Shown piece by piece: positions 17,885 through 27,278 of a stretch of 64,000 bases of DNA. A program made the position numbers and the translations under genes. Below the pieces are notes generated by a model. That model saw only the letters and a list, made by a program, of their open reading frames with translations. It was not told the origin of the DNA and did not search any database. Location: positions 17,546 to 81,545 of the forward strand of contig JADGNY010000007.1 of NCBI GenBank assembly GCA_017883235.1, in the 5' to 3' direction. Numbering within the stretch: position 1 is the stretch's first letter; each line of letters opens with the position of its first letter. The stretch is from Thermoanaerobaculia bacterium (lineage in GTDB: Bacteria > Acidobacteriota > Thermoanaerobaculia > Gp7-AA8).

Positions 17885-19335
17885 CCAACATCGCCGAAGC
17901 GCGGCGCGTCATCGAGCAGGCCTGCCGACTCGGCGCCGCCGACTTCTGCGTCTGCGCCGGCTCGCGCAACGCGCCGCTTCTTGCCGTCCTGGGAGCATCG
18001 GATCTTCGCATCTTCTCCTTCGTCGACGAACGCTCCGCCGCCTTCTTCGCCCTCGGCCGCGCCAAGCTGACTGGCCGCCCAGTCGCTATCGTCACCACGT
18101 CCGGCACCGCCGTCGCCGAGCTCCTCCCCGCCGCCGTCGAAGCGCATTACTCAGGGACAAAGCTGATCTTCATCACCGCCGACCGCCCGGCGCGATACCG
18201 CGGCACCGGCGCTCCGCAAGCGATCGAGCAGGAAGAGATCTTCGGCGTGTACGGGCGGGGGGCGGTTTTTCACATCAATGTTGCGTTTGATGAGCCGCTG
18301 ATCGACGAGGAGGTTGCCGCGTTGCTGGGTTGCAAGGTTGCTGCGTTGGAGACCGAGCAACCCAGGAACCAAGCAACCAGGCAACCCATCCCCTTCCCGC
18401 GCCCACTCGTGATCCTCAGCGGCCTCGCCCCCACCCACCACGCCCGCGTCCGCGCCTTCGCGCTCGCGCTGAATGCAACGGTGTACGCCGAGCCGCTTTC
18501 CGGTTTGCGCGAAGATCCGGCGCTCGCACATCTCCTCATCACCGCGGGAGAGCGGATGATCGGGCTGGGCAACTTCGATGGGGTGATCCGCATCGGCAAC
18601 GTGCCGTCGCTGCGCTTCTGGCGCGATCTCGATGAGTCGCGCCGCGACCTGCCGCTGGTCAGTTTCAGCGATCTGCCGTTCACCGGTTGCAGCCGCGGAG
18701 AGGTTCATCCGATCGAGTCGCTGCCGGACGATGTGACGCCGCGCGATCGGGATGAGAGCTTCTTCGCCATCGACCGTTCTCGCGCCTCTGCCATCGCTGA
18801 CATTCTCGATGAAGAGCCTCAATCCGAGTTGGCGATGGTCCGCTCGCTGTCGCGCACGATCCCCGCCAACGCCCGCGTCTACCTCGGCAATTCGCTTCCG
18901 ATCCGCGAATGGGATCTCGCCGCCACGCGCGAATGGCGTGGCTTTGCCATCGATGCAAATCGAGGCGCAAACGGCATCGACGGACAGCTCTCGACATTCT
19001 TCGGCCAGTGCCATCCCTCGCGCCCGAACGTCTGCGTCGTCGGCGATCTCACTACTATCTATGACAGCAACGCCCCCTGGATCGTCCCGCAGCTCGATCC
19101 CGGCATCGACTTCCGCATCGTCATCATCAACAACGGCGGCGGACGGATCTTCAGCCGCGTCCCCTCGCTCCGCACACTCGATCCGTCCATGCGCGAGCGG
19201 ATGATCGAGAACAGTCACGCGCTACGCTTCGATCACTGGGCCGCGATGTGGAGCATCGAAGAGCGCGTCACGGAGCTGCGCCCCGACGCCGACTCCACAC
19301 GCCGCGCCTGGGAACGCTACGACGCCCTATGGTGA
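17881..19335 (+). CDS. menD: SEPHCHC synthase (ThDP enzyme)
   Basis: ATG at 17881 overlaps the menF stop. Has CAGSRNAPL...DERSAAFFALG...TSGTAVAELLPA and GDLT...NNGGG ThDP motifs. Confidence 0.9.
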   Translation: MTNIAEARRVIEQACRLGAADFCVCAGSRNAPLLAVLGASDLRIFSFVDERSAAFFALGRAKLTGRPVAIVTTSGTAVAELLPAAVEAHYSGTKLIFITADRPARYRGTGAPQAIEQEEIFGVYGRGAVFHINVAFDEPLIDEEVAALLGCKVAALETEQPRNQATRQPIPFPRPLVILSGLAPTHHARVRAFALALNATVYAEPLSGLREDPALAHLLITAGERMIGLGNFDGVIRIGNVPSLRFWRDLDESRRDLPLVSFSDLPFTGCSRGEVHPIESLPDDVTPRDRDESFFAIDRSRASAIADILDEEPQSELAMVRSLSRTIPANARVYLGNSLPIREWDLAATREWRGFAIDANRGANGIDGQLSTFFGQCHPSRPNVCVVGDLTTIYDSNAPWIVPQLDPGIDFRIVIINNGGGRIFSRVPSLRTLDPSMRERMIENSHALRFDHWAAMWSIEERVTELRPDADSTRRAWERYDALW

Positions 19336-19943
19336 TCACCTGCCTCCACGGCTTCCTCGGCAACCCCCACGACTGGGACTTCCTCCGCGACGCCGGCTTC
19401 TCCATCGAGACCCCTCCCCTCGACACCATCCCCCTACACGGCGACACCCTCCTCGGCTACTCCCTCGGCGGCCGCCTCGCGCTGCACGCACTCCTGGCCG
19501 GCGCGCAGTACAAACGCGCAATCTTCGTCTCCACCGGCCTCGGCGTCGAAGGCGACGAAGGGCGCGCCGCGCGCCGCGCTGCCGATGAGGCATGGGCGCG
19601 GCGTTTCGAGACCGAGGACTTTGATGCGGTGATGGCCGCCTGGAACGCGCAGCCGGTGCTTGCTGGGCCCGCGCTTACTCGCACACGCGATGACTACGAC
19701 TCGCGCGCTCTCCGCGAGTGGTCGTCCGGTGCTTTACCACCGGTTGCCTCACGCCTGCACGAGCTGACGATTCCAACGCTCTGGATCGCCGGTGCGCGGG
19801 ATGCAAAGTACGCCGCCGAGGCGAAGCGGGCTGTTTCGCTGGTTCGGGGCGCGAACCTGGCGACGATCGAGGATGCAGGGCATCGCGTTCCCTGGGAGCA
19901 GCCAGCCGCATTCATGGAAAGGCTTCAACCACAGAGATACTGA
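19329..19943 (+). CDS. menH: Alpha/beta hydrolase, probable SHCHC synthase
   Basis: ATG at 19329 overlaps the menD stop. Has a GYSLGG nucleophile elbow. Assignment rests on operon context with menF and menD. Confidence 0.7.
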   Translation: MVITCLHGFLGNPHDWDFLRDAGFSIETPPLDTIPLHGDTLLGYSLGGRLALHALLAGAQYKRAIFVSTGLGVEGDEGRAARRAADEAWARRFETEDFDAVMAAWNAQPVLAGPALTRTRDDYDSRALREWSSGALPPVASRLHELTIPTLWIAGARDAKYAAEAKRAVSLVRGANLATIEDAGHRVPWEQPAAFMERLQPQRY

Positions 19944-19950
19944 GGACGAG

Positions 19951-20036
19951 CCCCCTGGGACCGCGGGCGTCTCGACCGCGGGTCTTGGCAGCATCCTGCT
20001 CAACCGCGCGGGCGAGACGCCCGCGGTCCCAGGGGG
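19951..20036. terminator. 24-bp-arm hairpin between convergent menH and the GH88/105 gene
   Basis: CCCCCTGGGACCGCGGGCGTCTCG ... CGAGACGCCCGCGGTCCCAGGGGG. Placed between two stop codons (19943 and 20044). Confidence 0.55.
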
Positions 20037-20043
20037 GGTGCGG

Positions 20044-21330
20044 TTAATTCTGCTTTCCCAGCTCCTCGTCAGAGAACTTCATCACCTCTGACGCTGCCAG
20101 GAGCCACCCGCCGGCACCATAGTTGACGTTGATCACGTCGTCGGACGCGATCGTCGGCCGGCTGCAATCGGGCCCGGTACCGGGCGGCTGGATGCCGGTG
20201 ACAACGCCGTCGGCGTCGATGCGCTGCATGAGCACGCCGAAGCCCTTCATGACCACGGGCAGATACGCATCGCGGTCGAGCAATCCTTCGTTGATCCCGC
20301 GCGCGAGAAAGAACGTCATCATGCCGGTGGCCGATGTCTCCGCGATGGGGCAGTCGAGAGGGTGGGAGAGATCGGAGCCCCAGCCGCCGCCAGGCGTCTG
20401 CCTCTCTTTCAATGACGCCGCCATCAGCACCAGCATCTGGCGGATCTCAGGCGGGCTGACCACACTCGGATACTGCGTGCCGGAGTACGGACGATCGAGG
20501 TAATGAGCCGCGCGCATCAGCGCGATGGCCGACCAGCCGTTTCCGCGCCCCCAGAAAAGATCGTTCCTGCCGATCCACTCCGGCTGATGCTGAAAGAGAT
20601 CGTGATTCGGATCCCAAAGGAGAAACCCGTTGCGCGCGGCGGCAGTAGGAACGGCGACCTCCCGAGGATCCGACGATGCCGGACGATGATCGTAGACATA
20701 CGCCTCGATCCACTCGTACGCGAGGTTCCGCGCCAGCTCGTTCGACGGCAGCCCATCGACCGACGATCCGTTCATGGACAGCCAGGAAATGACCATGTAC
20801 ATGTCGTCCTGCCAGTAGCGGGTACCGTAGCCTCCCTCGATCCACCACGGGTCGCGCGGCACACCGGCAGCGGGTGTGGTGCGGATCGCGTGCTCGGCGA
20901 AACTCATCGGACCGGTCAGCGTTGCCAGCAACGCTTCACGCCTCGGATCACCCGGAGGGATCACGCGATAGAGATCGAGAGAAACTTGCGCGTACGCCGT
21001 GCCATCACCCCAGTAGAGATTGGTGATGTCGTCGTCGCTTCCCAGGATCACGGACGCCGCCCGGTCGATCAGCCGCGCTCCAGCCGGATTCGATTGATTC
21101 TCCAGCTCCTCGCCCATCAGCACGAGCCCGTCGAGAAACGGAACGTTCTCCCAGTGCCGCCGCGGCTCGAACGAATCGATCCGCACTCGATCGGCAATCC
21201 GGATGGCGGTGGAAGCGATCACCTTCCGGCTTAGCGGCGTGGGATGGAGAACGGCCCGCCGCCGGGCAAACGCGGGACATGCAGCGAGTACGACGAGAGC
21301 AAGGATCGCGAGAAAGATCTTCCGGGACAT
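20044..21330 (-). CDS. Glycoside hydrolase family 88/105-like (unsaturated glucuronyl/rhamnogalacturonyl hydrolase)
   Basis: Signal peptide MSRKIFLAILALVVLAACPAFA. Has the FWGRGNGWSAIAL motif characteristic of the family. Confidence 0.75.
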   Translation of the reverse strand: MSRKIFLAILALVVLAACPAFARRRAVLHPTPLSRKVIASTAIRIADRVRIDSFEPRRHWENVPFLDGLVLMGEELENQSNPAGARLIDRAASVILGSDDDITNLYWGDGTAYAQVSLDLYRVIPPGDPRREALLATLTGPMSFAEHAIRTTPAAGVPRDPWWIEGGYGTRYWQDDMYMVISWLSMNGSSVDGLPSNELARNLAYEWIEAYVYDHRPASSDPREVAVPTAAARNGFLLWDPNHDLFQHQPEWIGRNDLFWGRGNGWSAIALMRAAHYLDRPYSGTQYPSVVSPPEIRQMLVLMAASLKERQTPGGGWGSDLSHPLDCPIAETSATGMMTFFLARGINEGLLDRDAYLPVVMKGFGVLMQRIDADGVVTGIQPPGTGPDCSRPTIASDDVINVNYGAGGWLLAASEVMKFSDEELGKQN

Positions 21331-21439
21331 ACCAAGGCCCCGAACGCCTCACGCCGAGGAGTTATTCATGATGACGGTACCGCTCCGACGGTTTTATCTG
21401 CGTACATCTGCGTCATCTGCGGATCGGCTTACGGTCGTC

Positions 21440-22417
21440 TCACCACCCCAACACGTACGCAAACATTAACGGCGCCACGATCGACGCATCCGACTCGATC
21501 ACGTGGCTCGGCGTGTCGACGCCCAGCTTCCCCCATGTGATCTTCTCGTTCGGTACGGCGCCGGAGTACGAGCCGAAGCTCGTCGTGGAGTCGCTGATCT
21601 GGCAGAAGTAGCCCCAGAGGGGGACGTTGGTGCGCTGCAGATCCTGGTGCAGCATCGGGACGACGCAGATGGGGAAGTCGCCGGCGATGCCGCCGGCGAT
21701 CTGGAAGAAGCCGATGGTGGTCCCGTCCTGCGTGGTCTTCGTGTAGTAGTCGGCCAGCTCGATCATGTATTCGATGCCGGTGCGAACGGTGTGCACGTTC
21801 TTCACGTCGCCGGAGATGCAGTGGCCGGAGTACATGTTGCCGAGGGTCGAGTCCTCCCAGCCGGGGACGAACATGGGGAGATTCTTCTCGGCCGCGGCGA
21901 TCATCCACGAATCCTTCGGATCGATCTGGTAGAACTCGGCGATCGAGCCGTCGCGAAGGATCTCGTACATGAACTCGTGCGGGAAGAGGCGGCGCCCTTC
22001 CTTGTCCTTGGCCACCCAGTGACGCAGCACCGCCGATTCGATGCGGCGCATGGCCTCCCCCTCGGGGATGCAGGTATCCGTCACGCGGTTCATGTGCCGG
22101 TCGAGCAGCGCCTTCTCATCCTGCGCGGAGAGGTAGCGGTAACCCGGAACGCGCTCGTAGTGATCGTGCGCCACCAGGTTGAAGATGTCCTCCTCGAGGT
22201 TGGCGCCGGTGCAACAGATGGCGTGGACCTTCCCCTGCCGGATCATTTCGGCGAGCGAGATCCCCAGCTCCGCGGTCGACATCGCGCCGGCCATCGTGAC
22301 AAGCATCTTGTTCCCGCCGTCGAGGTGCTTGATGTAGTCGTCCGCCGCCGCGCGCAACGCCGCGGCGTTGAAGTGGCGATAGTGATGCTGAATGAAATCT
22401 CTGATCGGACTAGGCAT
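21440..22417 (-). CDS. Deoxyhypusine synthase-like protein (homospermidine-synthase family)
   Basis: 325 aa with MAGAMSTAELG...CCTGANLEEDIFNLV motifs. Confidence 0.85.
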   Translation of the reverse strand: MPSPIRDFIQHHYRHFNAAALRAAADDYIKHLDGGNKMLVTMAGAMSTAELGISLAEMIRQGKVHAICCTGANLEEDIFNLVAHDHYERVPGYRYLSAQDEKALLDRHMNRVTDTCIPEGEAMRRIESAVLRHWVAKDKEGRRLFPHEFMYEILRDGSIAEFYQIDPKDSWMIAAAEKNLPMFVPGWEDSTLGNMYSGHCISGDVKNVHTVRTGIEYMIELADYYTKTTQDGTTIGFFQIAGGIAGDFPICVVPMLHQDLQRTNVPLWGYFCQISDSTTSFGSYSGAVPNEKITWGKLGVDTPSHVIESDASIVAPLMFAYVLGW

Positions 22418-22425
22418 GGCCGATG

Positions 22426-22669
22426 ATACTGCGCGGCTGGCGCGCTTTGTCTGCCGCTCCGCGGCGTTGTCGGTTGTCTGCGCCGCGGGCGCGTGGACGA
22501 GAAGTCACATGTCGCGCGAGATGTTGCTGCGCCCGCGTTGCAGCGTTGCCTGGGCCAGTTGGCGGTTCGTCGTAGGGCTCTCGCGTCACATGAGCCTTTT
22601 GACCACGCGCCGGCGGCGCAGACAACTGACAACGCGGCGAAGCCGCAGACAACGCGCCGCGCGCAGTAT
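22426..22669. repeat. Family 3 symmetric element, copy 2
   Basis: ATACTGCGCGGCTGGCGCGC...TTGTC(T/G)G motifs ... CAGACAA motifs ...GCGCGCAGTAT. It fills the divergent intergenic region between the DHS-like gene and the M28 gene. Confidence 0.8.
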
Positions 22670-22679
22670 CATCCGCCGC

Positions 22680-25670
22680 ATGAAACGAGCCCTTCCCCTG
22701 CTGCTCCTCGTCTGTACCACCGTCTTTGCGGATGACGCCAAGCTGACGAAATCGATCGAGACCGACATCCGCACGCTGGCCGCGCCGAACATGGAGGGCC
22801 GCGGCCTCGGTACGAAGGGCATCGGCCTGGCGGCGAACTACATCGAGGGGCGGCTGCGCGCTCTCGGACTGCAACCGGCGTTCGGCAAGTCGTATCGACA
22901 GCCGTTTCCGGTCAAGATGGGCGTCTCGCTCGGCAGCGGCAACAAGCTGGAGGGAGTGGCGGACGGCGACTGGACGCCGCTCGGCTTCTCCAGCGCTGGC
23001 CCGTTCTCAGGACCGCTGGCCTTCGCCGGCTACGGCATTGACGCCACACCGATCGGATACAACGACTTCGACGGAATCGACGTGAAGGGAAAAGTCGTGC
23101 TGATGCTGCGGTACGAGCCGCAGGAGAAGGACGACAACTCGAAGTTCGACGGACGCAGGCCGAGCCGCTGGTCGGCGATGCGCTACAAGGTCCTGCAGGC
23201 CCGCGAGCGCGGCGCGGTGGCGGTGATCTTCACCACCGGCCCGATTCAGGACGAAGGGAAGGACAAGGTTCCGCCGCTCGTCAACGACGGGCCGGAGAGT
23301 CCGGCCGGCATCCCGGTGATCCAGGTGAAGACGTCGGTGGCCCAGCGCTGGCTGAAGGATGCCGGGATCGATCTGGCCCAGTTTCAGAAGGACGTGGATG
23401 CCGATCTCAAGCCGCGCTCGCGCGTGCTGGCGGCGAGCGTCAGCGGCGTGGCCGATGTGAAGCCGCAGTTCGATAACGGCGAGAACATCGCCGCCATCCT
23501 CCCGGGCCGCGGCTCGCTGGCGAACGAGGTCATCGTCCTCGGTGCACATTACGATCACCTCGGGTACGGCGGTGAGGGCTCGATGAAACCGAACGTGCAC
23601 GCCATCCACCCCGGCGCGGACGACAATGCCTCCGGCGACGCGGGGGTGATGAACGCCGCCGAGCTGCTGCGCGATTCGCTGACGGGTATCCCGGACCGCC
23701 GCACGATCCTCTTCGCGCTCTTCTCGGGCGAGGAGCGCGGCCTGGCCGGATCCGGCTATTTCGTCGCGCATTCGCCGGTGCCGATCTCCAGCATCAAGGC
23801 AATGGTGAATCTCGATATGGTCGGCGCCTTGCGTGAGGACAAGATCACCGCCTTCGGCACCGACTCGGCCCCGCAGTGGAAGGCGCTCGTCGACACGGCC
23901 GGCGCCGGATCGAACCTCAAGATCACCGAGACCGGCGACGGCTACGGCCCGTCCGATCAGACCAGTTTCTACGCGGCGAAGGTGCCGGTGCTGCACTTCT
24001 TCACCGGCGCCCACGAGCGTTACCACACGCCGGAAGACATCGCCGATGCGGTCAACTTCGCCGGCGAAGCGCGCATCGTGAGGCTGATCGCGAACGTGAT
24101 GACGCCGCTGGCCCGTGGCGCCGTGACCCCGGTCTATGCGCGCGCTTCGAGCGCGCCGGCGATGGAAGGCGACTCCCGCGGTTACGGCGCGTACCTCGGC
24201 TCGGTCCCTGACTACTCGGCGATGGATGCCACCACCGGCGGCGTTCTCCTGTCCGACGTGCGCCCTGGCTCACCGGCCGACAAGGCCGGTATCCGCGGCA
24301 AGGACCGGATCGTCTCGATCGGAGGCACGCGCATCGAGAACCTTTACGACATGTCCTACGCGCTGCAGGATCACAAGCCCGGCGATACCGTCGACATCAT
24401 CGTCGTCCGCGGCGGTGACCGCTTGACGCTGCGCGCGACGCTCACGACGCGCGGCGGCGGCGCTCCGATGGCACCTGTGCCGGTCGCTCCCACACCTTCC
24501 CCGCGCCCGCCGCCGGGTGGAAAACTGACACCTTCACCGGTCGTACCTACCCCCTCGCCCCGCCCACCGCGTGCAGGGTTGCAGCCCTCGCCGGTCGTTC
24601 CGCCGCCCTCGCCAAGACCGCCGGGTCCAGGACCGGTGAGCCCGCCGGCAGGCACGCCTACGCCCTCAAACGGTTTCACGATCGGCGCCGGCAAACCGTT
24701 CGAGAAGACGTACGACGGCGAGAAGCATCTGAAAGACATCCGCCAGCTCACCTTCGGCGGCGAGAACGCCGAGGCCTACTTCACTCCTGACGGAACGAAG
24801 ATCATCTACCAGGCCACCGTGCCCGGCGCCGGATGCGATCAGGAGTACACGATGGATCTGGCCACCGGCGCGACGAAGCTCGTCTCGAACGGCAAGGGGC
24901 GGACGACGTGCGGCTACTACCGCTATCCGCAGGGCGACCGCATCATCTATGCGACCACCGAGGGCGGCGGCGCCGATTGCCCGCCGAAGCCGGACATGTC
25001 CAAGGGATACGTCTGGCCCGTTTACTCGTCATTCGACATCGTCGAGGCCAACGTCGACGGCTCCAAGGCGAAGAAGATCACCACCGCTTCCGGATACGAC
25101 GCGGAGATGACGTGGTGTCACAAGGGCGGGAAGATGGTCTTCACGTCGATGCGCGACGGCGATCTCGAGCTCTACGAGATGGACGAGGCGAGCGGGAAGG
25201 TCAAGCGCCTGACCTACGCCCCCGGCTACGACGGCGGCGCCTTCTACAACGGCGACTGCACCGAGATCGTCTGGCGCGCGAACCATCCGGTGGGTCCGGC
25301 GCTCGATGAGTATCGCGGGCTGCTGGCGAAAGAGCTCGTCAAGCCGCTGCTCATGGAGCTGTTCCTGATGAATGCCGACGGCACGAACCAGCGCCAGATC
25401 ACCCACAACGGCGCCGCCAACTTCTGTCCCTACTTCATGAACGACGGGAAGCGAATCATCTTCGCCTCGAACGTCAACGCCCACGGCTTCGACTTCGACC
25501 TCTGGACGATTCAGAAGGACGGCCAGGGCCTGGAGCGCATCACCACCGCCCCCGGCTTCGACGGCTTCTGCGTCTTCAGCCCCGACGGCCAGTACCTGAT
25601 CTGGGCCTCCAGCCGCGCCAAGCCGGACAGCTACGAGATGAACCTGTTCATCGCGAAGTGGGTGGACTGA
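22680..25670 (+). CDS. Secreted M28 aminopeptidase - PDZ - Pro-rich linker - TolB/PD40-like beta-propeller fusion
   Basis: Start at MKRALPLLLLVCTTVFA (22680). Contains GAHYDHLGYG...GADDNASG (M28), a PDZ segment (GSPADKAGIRGKDRIVSIGG), 3x SPVVPxPSPRPP, then PD40-like repeats. Confidence 0.85.
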   Translation: MKRALPLLLLVCTTVFADDAKLTKSIETDIRTLAAPNMEGRGLGTKGIGLAANYIEGRLRALGLQPAFGKSYRQPFPVKMGVSLGSGNKLEGVADGDWTPLGFSSAGPFSGPLAFAGYGIDATPIGYNDFDGIDVKGKVVLMLRYEPQEKDDNSKFDGRRPSRWSAMRYKVLQARERGAVAVIFTTGPIQDEGKDKVPPLVNDGPESPAGIPVIQVKTSVAQRWLKDAGIDLAQFQKDVDADLKPRSRVLAASVSGVADVKPQFDNGENIAAILPGRGSLANEVIVLGAHYDHLGYGGEGSMKPNVHAIHPGADDNASGDAGVMNAAELLRDSLTGIPDRRTILFALFSGEERGLAGSGYFVAHSPVPISSIKAMVNLDMVGALREDKITAFGTDSAPQWKALVDTAGAGSNLKITETGDGYGPSDQTSFYAAKVPVLHFFTGAHERYHTPEDIADAVNFAGEARIVRLIANVMTPLARGAVTPVYARASSAPAMEGDSRGYGAYLGSVPDYSAMDATTGGVLLSDVRPGSPADKAGIRGKDRIVSIGGTRIENLYDMSYALQDHKPGDTVDIIVVRGGDRLTLRATLTTRGGGAPMAPVPVAPTPSPRPPPGGKLTPSPVVPTPSPRPPRAGLQPSPVVPPPSPRPPGPGPVSPPAGTPTPSNGFTIGAGKPFEKTYDGEKHLKDIRQLTFGGENAEAYFTPDGTKIIYQATVPGAGCDQEYTMDLATGATKLVSNGKGRTTCGYYRYPQGDRIIYATTEGGGADCPPKPDMSKGYVWPVYSSFDIVEANVDGSKAKKITTASGYDAEMTWCHKGGKMVFTSMRDGDLELYEMDEASGKVKRLTYAPGYDGGAFYNGDCTEIVWRANHPVGPALDEYRGLLAKELVKPLLMELFLMNADGTNQRQITHNGAANFCPYFMNDGKRIIFASNVNAHGFDFDLWTIQKDGQGLERITTAPGFDGFCVFSPDGQYLIWASSRAKPDSYEMNLFIAKWVD

Positions 25671-25765
25671 CTGCGCGGCGTTGCCGCGCGTTGTCGGTTG
25701 TCTGCGCTTCGCGCGTTGTCGAAGAGCGGCCTCTGAAACGCGGCCACGCAGACAACGCCCACGCC
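25669..25765. repeat. Family 3 element, short copy 3
   Basis: GACTGCGCGGCG...GCGTTGTCGGTTGTCTGCG...CGCAGACAACGC, starting at the stop codon of the M28 fusion gene. Confidence 0.65.
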
Positions 25766-25862
25766 AGCGCCGCATCACACCTCAATGCGTGGTACTGGCT
25801 TCTTCGAGACGGTCGACACGCGCCCGTAGGTTGGAAAACGCTTCTTCAAAGGTGCGCGAAGT

Positions 25863-26204
25863 CTACTGTTCGACAACGCGAAGCCGGCGATCGAGCTCGG
25901 CATGCGAGAACTTGATCATCGCCTGCGTGTCTGCGAATCCAAGCTCCATCCGCGCTTCGATGTTGGCGGTCCTGCGGTCCACCTTCTCGTCGAGGTTGGC
26001 AAGACCTTCCGCGAGCAGGTCGGACCTTCGACGCAAGTCTTCGGCGGTCACGTCGAAGTGGAGGCGTAGCTCCGCCGTTTTGTCATCGAACTTCTTGTCG
26101 AGCGCGTCGATGCGTCGATCGATCGCATCGAAGCGCTTCTCGAAGCCCTTCTCAATCCGCTCGGTGTTCGCTTCCAGCAGACGTTTCAGCTCGTCGTCCG
26201 TCAT
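25863..26204 (-). CDS. Hypothetical coiled-coil protein
   Basis: 113 aa with charged heptad-like sequence. No recognisable family. Confidence 0.45.
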   Translation of the reverse strand: MTDDELKRLLEANTERIEKGFEKRFDAIDRRIDALDKKFDDKTAELRLHFDVTAEDLRRRSDLLAEGLANLDEKVDRRTANIEARMELGFADTQAMIKFSHAELDRRLRVVEQ

Positions 26205-26225
26205 CGCGTGAGTGTACCTCGGCTC

Positions 26226-26702
26226 CTACTTCTTCGTCACCGTAATCGTCGCCGTTGAGCTCACCCGTGCTCCGTTGTCGTCGAGCCCCTCGACGCGGAC
26301 GTCACCGTAGATCCTGCTGAAGAGGTGGTCGTCGGTGACTTCCATGCGCGGAACGAAGTGGTAGTGAATCTCATGCTTGGCCTGGATCGAGGTGGCGAAG
26401 CCGAGGGACTTGATTTTGGCGGCGTCGAAGGACTCGGTCGCCACCGGGATACCGCCGCCGGCGTAAACGCTCGCCGTCACCCTGTCGATCGTGACCGGAT
26501 GGCCGCCGGTCTCCTTGACCACGGCGTCGAACGGGAAGTCGTACGTGCTTCCACTGACGTTGGCGGCCACGACCGCACTGGGCGTGATCGTGAGTTTGAT
26601 CTCGCCGCGGCCGGGCGTGGCGGTGCTCTTATTCGTCCCCGGCCGTTGCGAGGCGCAGGCGAGCGGAAGGCAGACGAGCGCGATGAGGGCCAGTCGTTTC
26701 AT
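26226..26702 (-). CDS. Hypothetical lipoprotein
   Basis: MKRLALIALVCLPLAC lipobox. 158 aa. Confidence 0.6.
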   Translation of the reverse strand: MKRLALIALVCLPLACASQRPGTNKSTATPGRGEIKLTITPSAVVAANVSGSTYDFPFDAVVKETGGHPVTIDRVTASVYAGGGIPVATESFDAAKIKSLGFATSIQAKHEIHYHFVPRMEVTDDHLFSRIYGDVRVEGLDDNGARVSSTATITVTKK

Positions 26703-26715
26703 GACGTGACTCCTG

Positions 26716-27234
26716 TTACTTCATGTCGCCCATGAGCGTGGTCACGCCGCAGGCGATGCGAGGACCGGCGTTGCCGGCAGGCTGCGAGGTCAGATCGTCC
26801 GGATTGCCGTGCAGGACGATGGCGTGGCCGACCACGCCGTTCGCGCCGGTATTGATCGTGATCGAGTGCGTCGTGAAGCGGGCGTGAACTTCGCCCTTGT
26901 CATCCGCGGTGACGTTGCCGAAGTCACCGGCGTGGTGAGACACCGCGTCCGGCGCGCCGTGGACCATGCCGCCGGGATTGAAGTGGCCGCCGGCATTCGC
27001 GGCGTCGTTGCCGCAGTCGCCCTTCTCGTGGACGTGGAAACCGTGGACGCCGGGGGGAACGCCGGTGAGATCGGCGACGACTTCGACGCCGTCATCGCCG
27101 GCACTCTGGAAGTGAACGACGCCTTTCGCGGTCGAGCCGCTGGTCGGGTCGAGCGTGGCCATCGCCATCGGTCCTTTGCTGTGGGCACATGCGGCGAAAA
27201 CGAGTGCGAACGGGATCACCAGAAGTTTTTTCAT
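26716..27234 (-). CDS. sodC: Cu/Zn superoxide dismutase
   Basis: Signal peptide, then HGFHVHEKGDCG and GGHFNP...HAGDFGN motifs. Confidence 0.9.
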   Translation of the reverse strand: MKKLLVIPFALVFAACAHSKGPMAMATLDPTSGSTAKGVVHFQSAGDDGVEVVADLTGVPPGVHGFHVHEKGDCGNDAANAGGHFNPGGMVHGAPDAVSHHAGDFGNVTADDKGEVHARFTTHSITINTGANGVVGHAIVLHGNPDDLTSQPAGNAGPRIACGVTTLMGDMK

Positions 27235-27278
27235 ATTGCCTCCTCTTGCAAGATCCAGACGATTCTATGACGGACCGG

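Noticed and set aside
16610-22669. Short tandem 12-mers (GCGTTGTCTGCG) as a CRISPR-like or coding repeat. The track translates them as ADNARSADNAR and AQTTRKAQTTRR.
   Set aside because: The repeats have no spacers, they sit in symmetric inverted arrays, and they lie outside the conserved parts of the flanking proteins. The N-terminal ORF extensions through them (15925..16779, 16565..17884, 22392..25670) were trimmed to the conserved starts.
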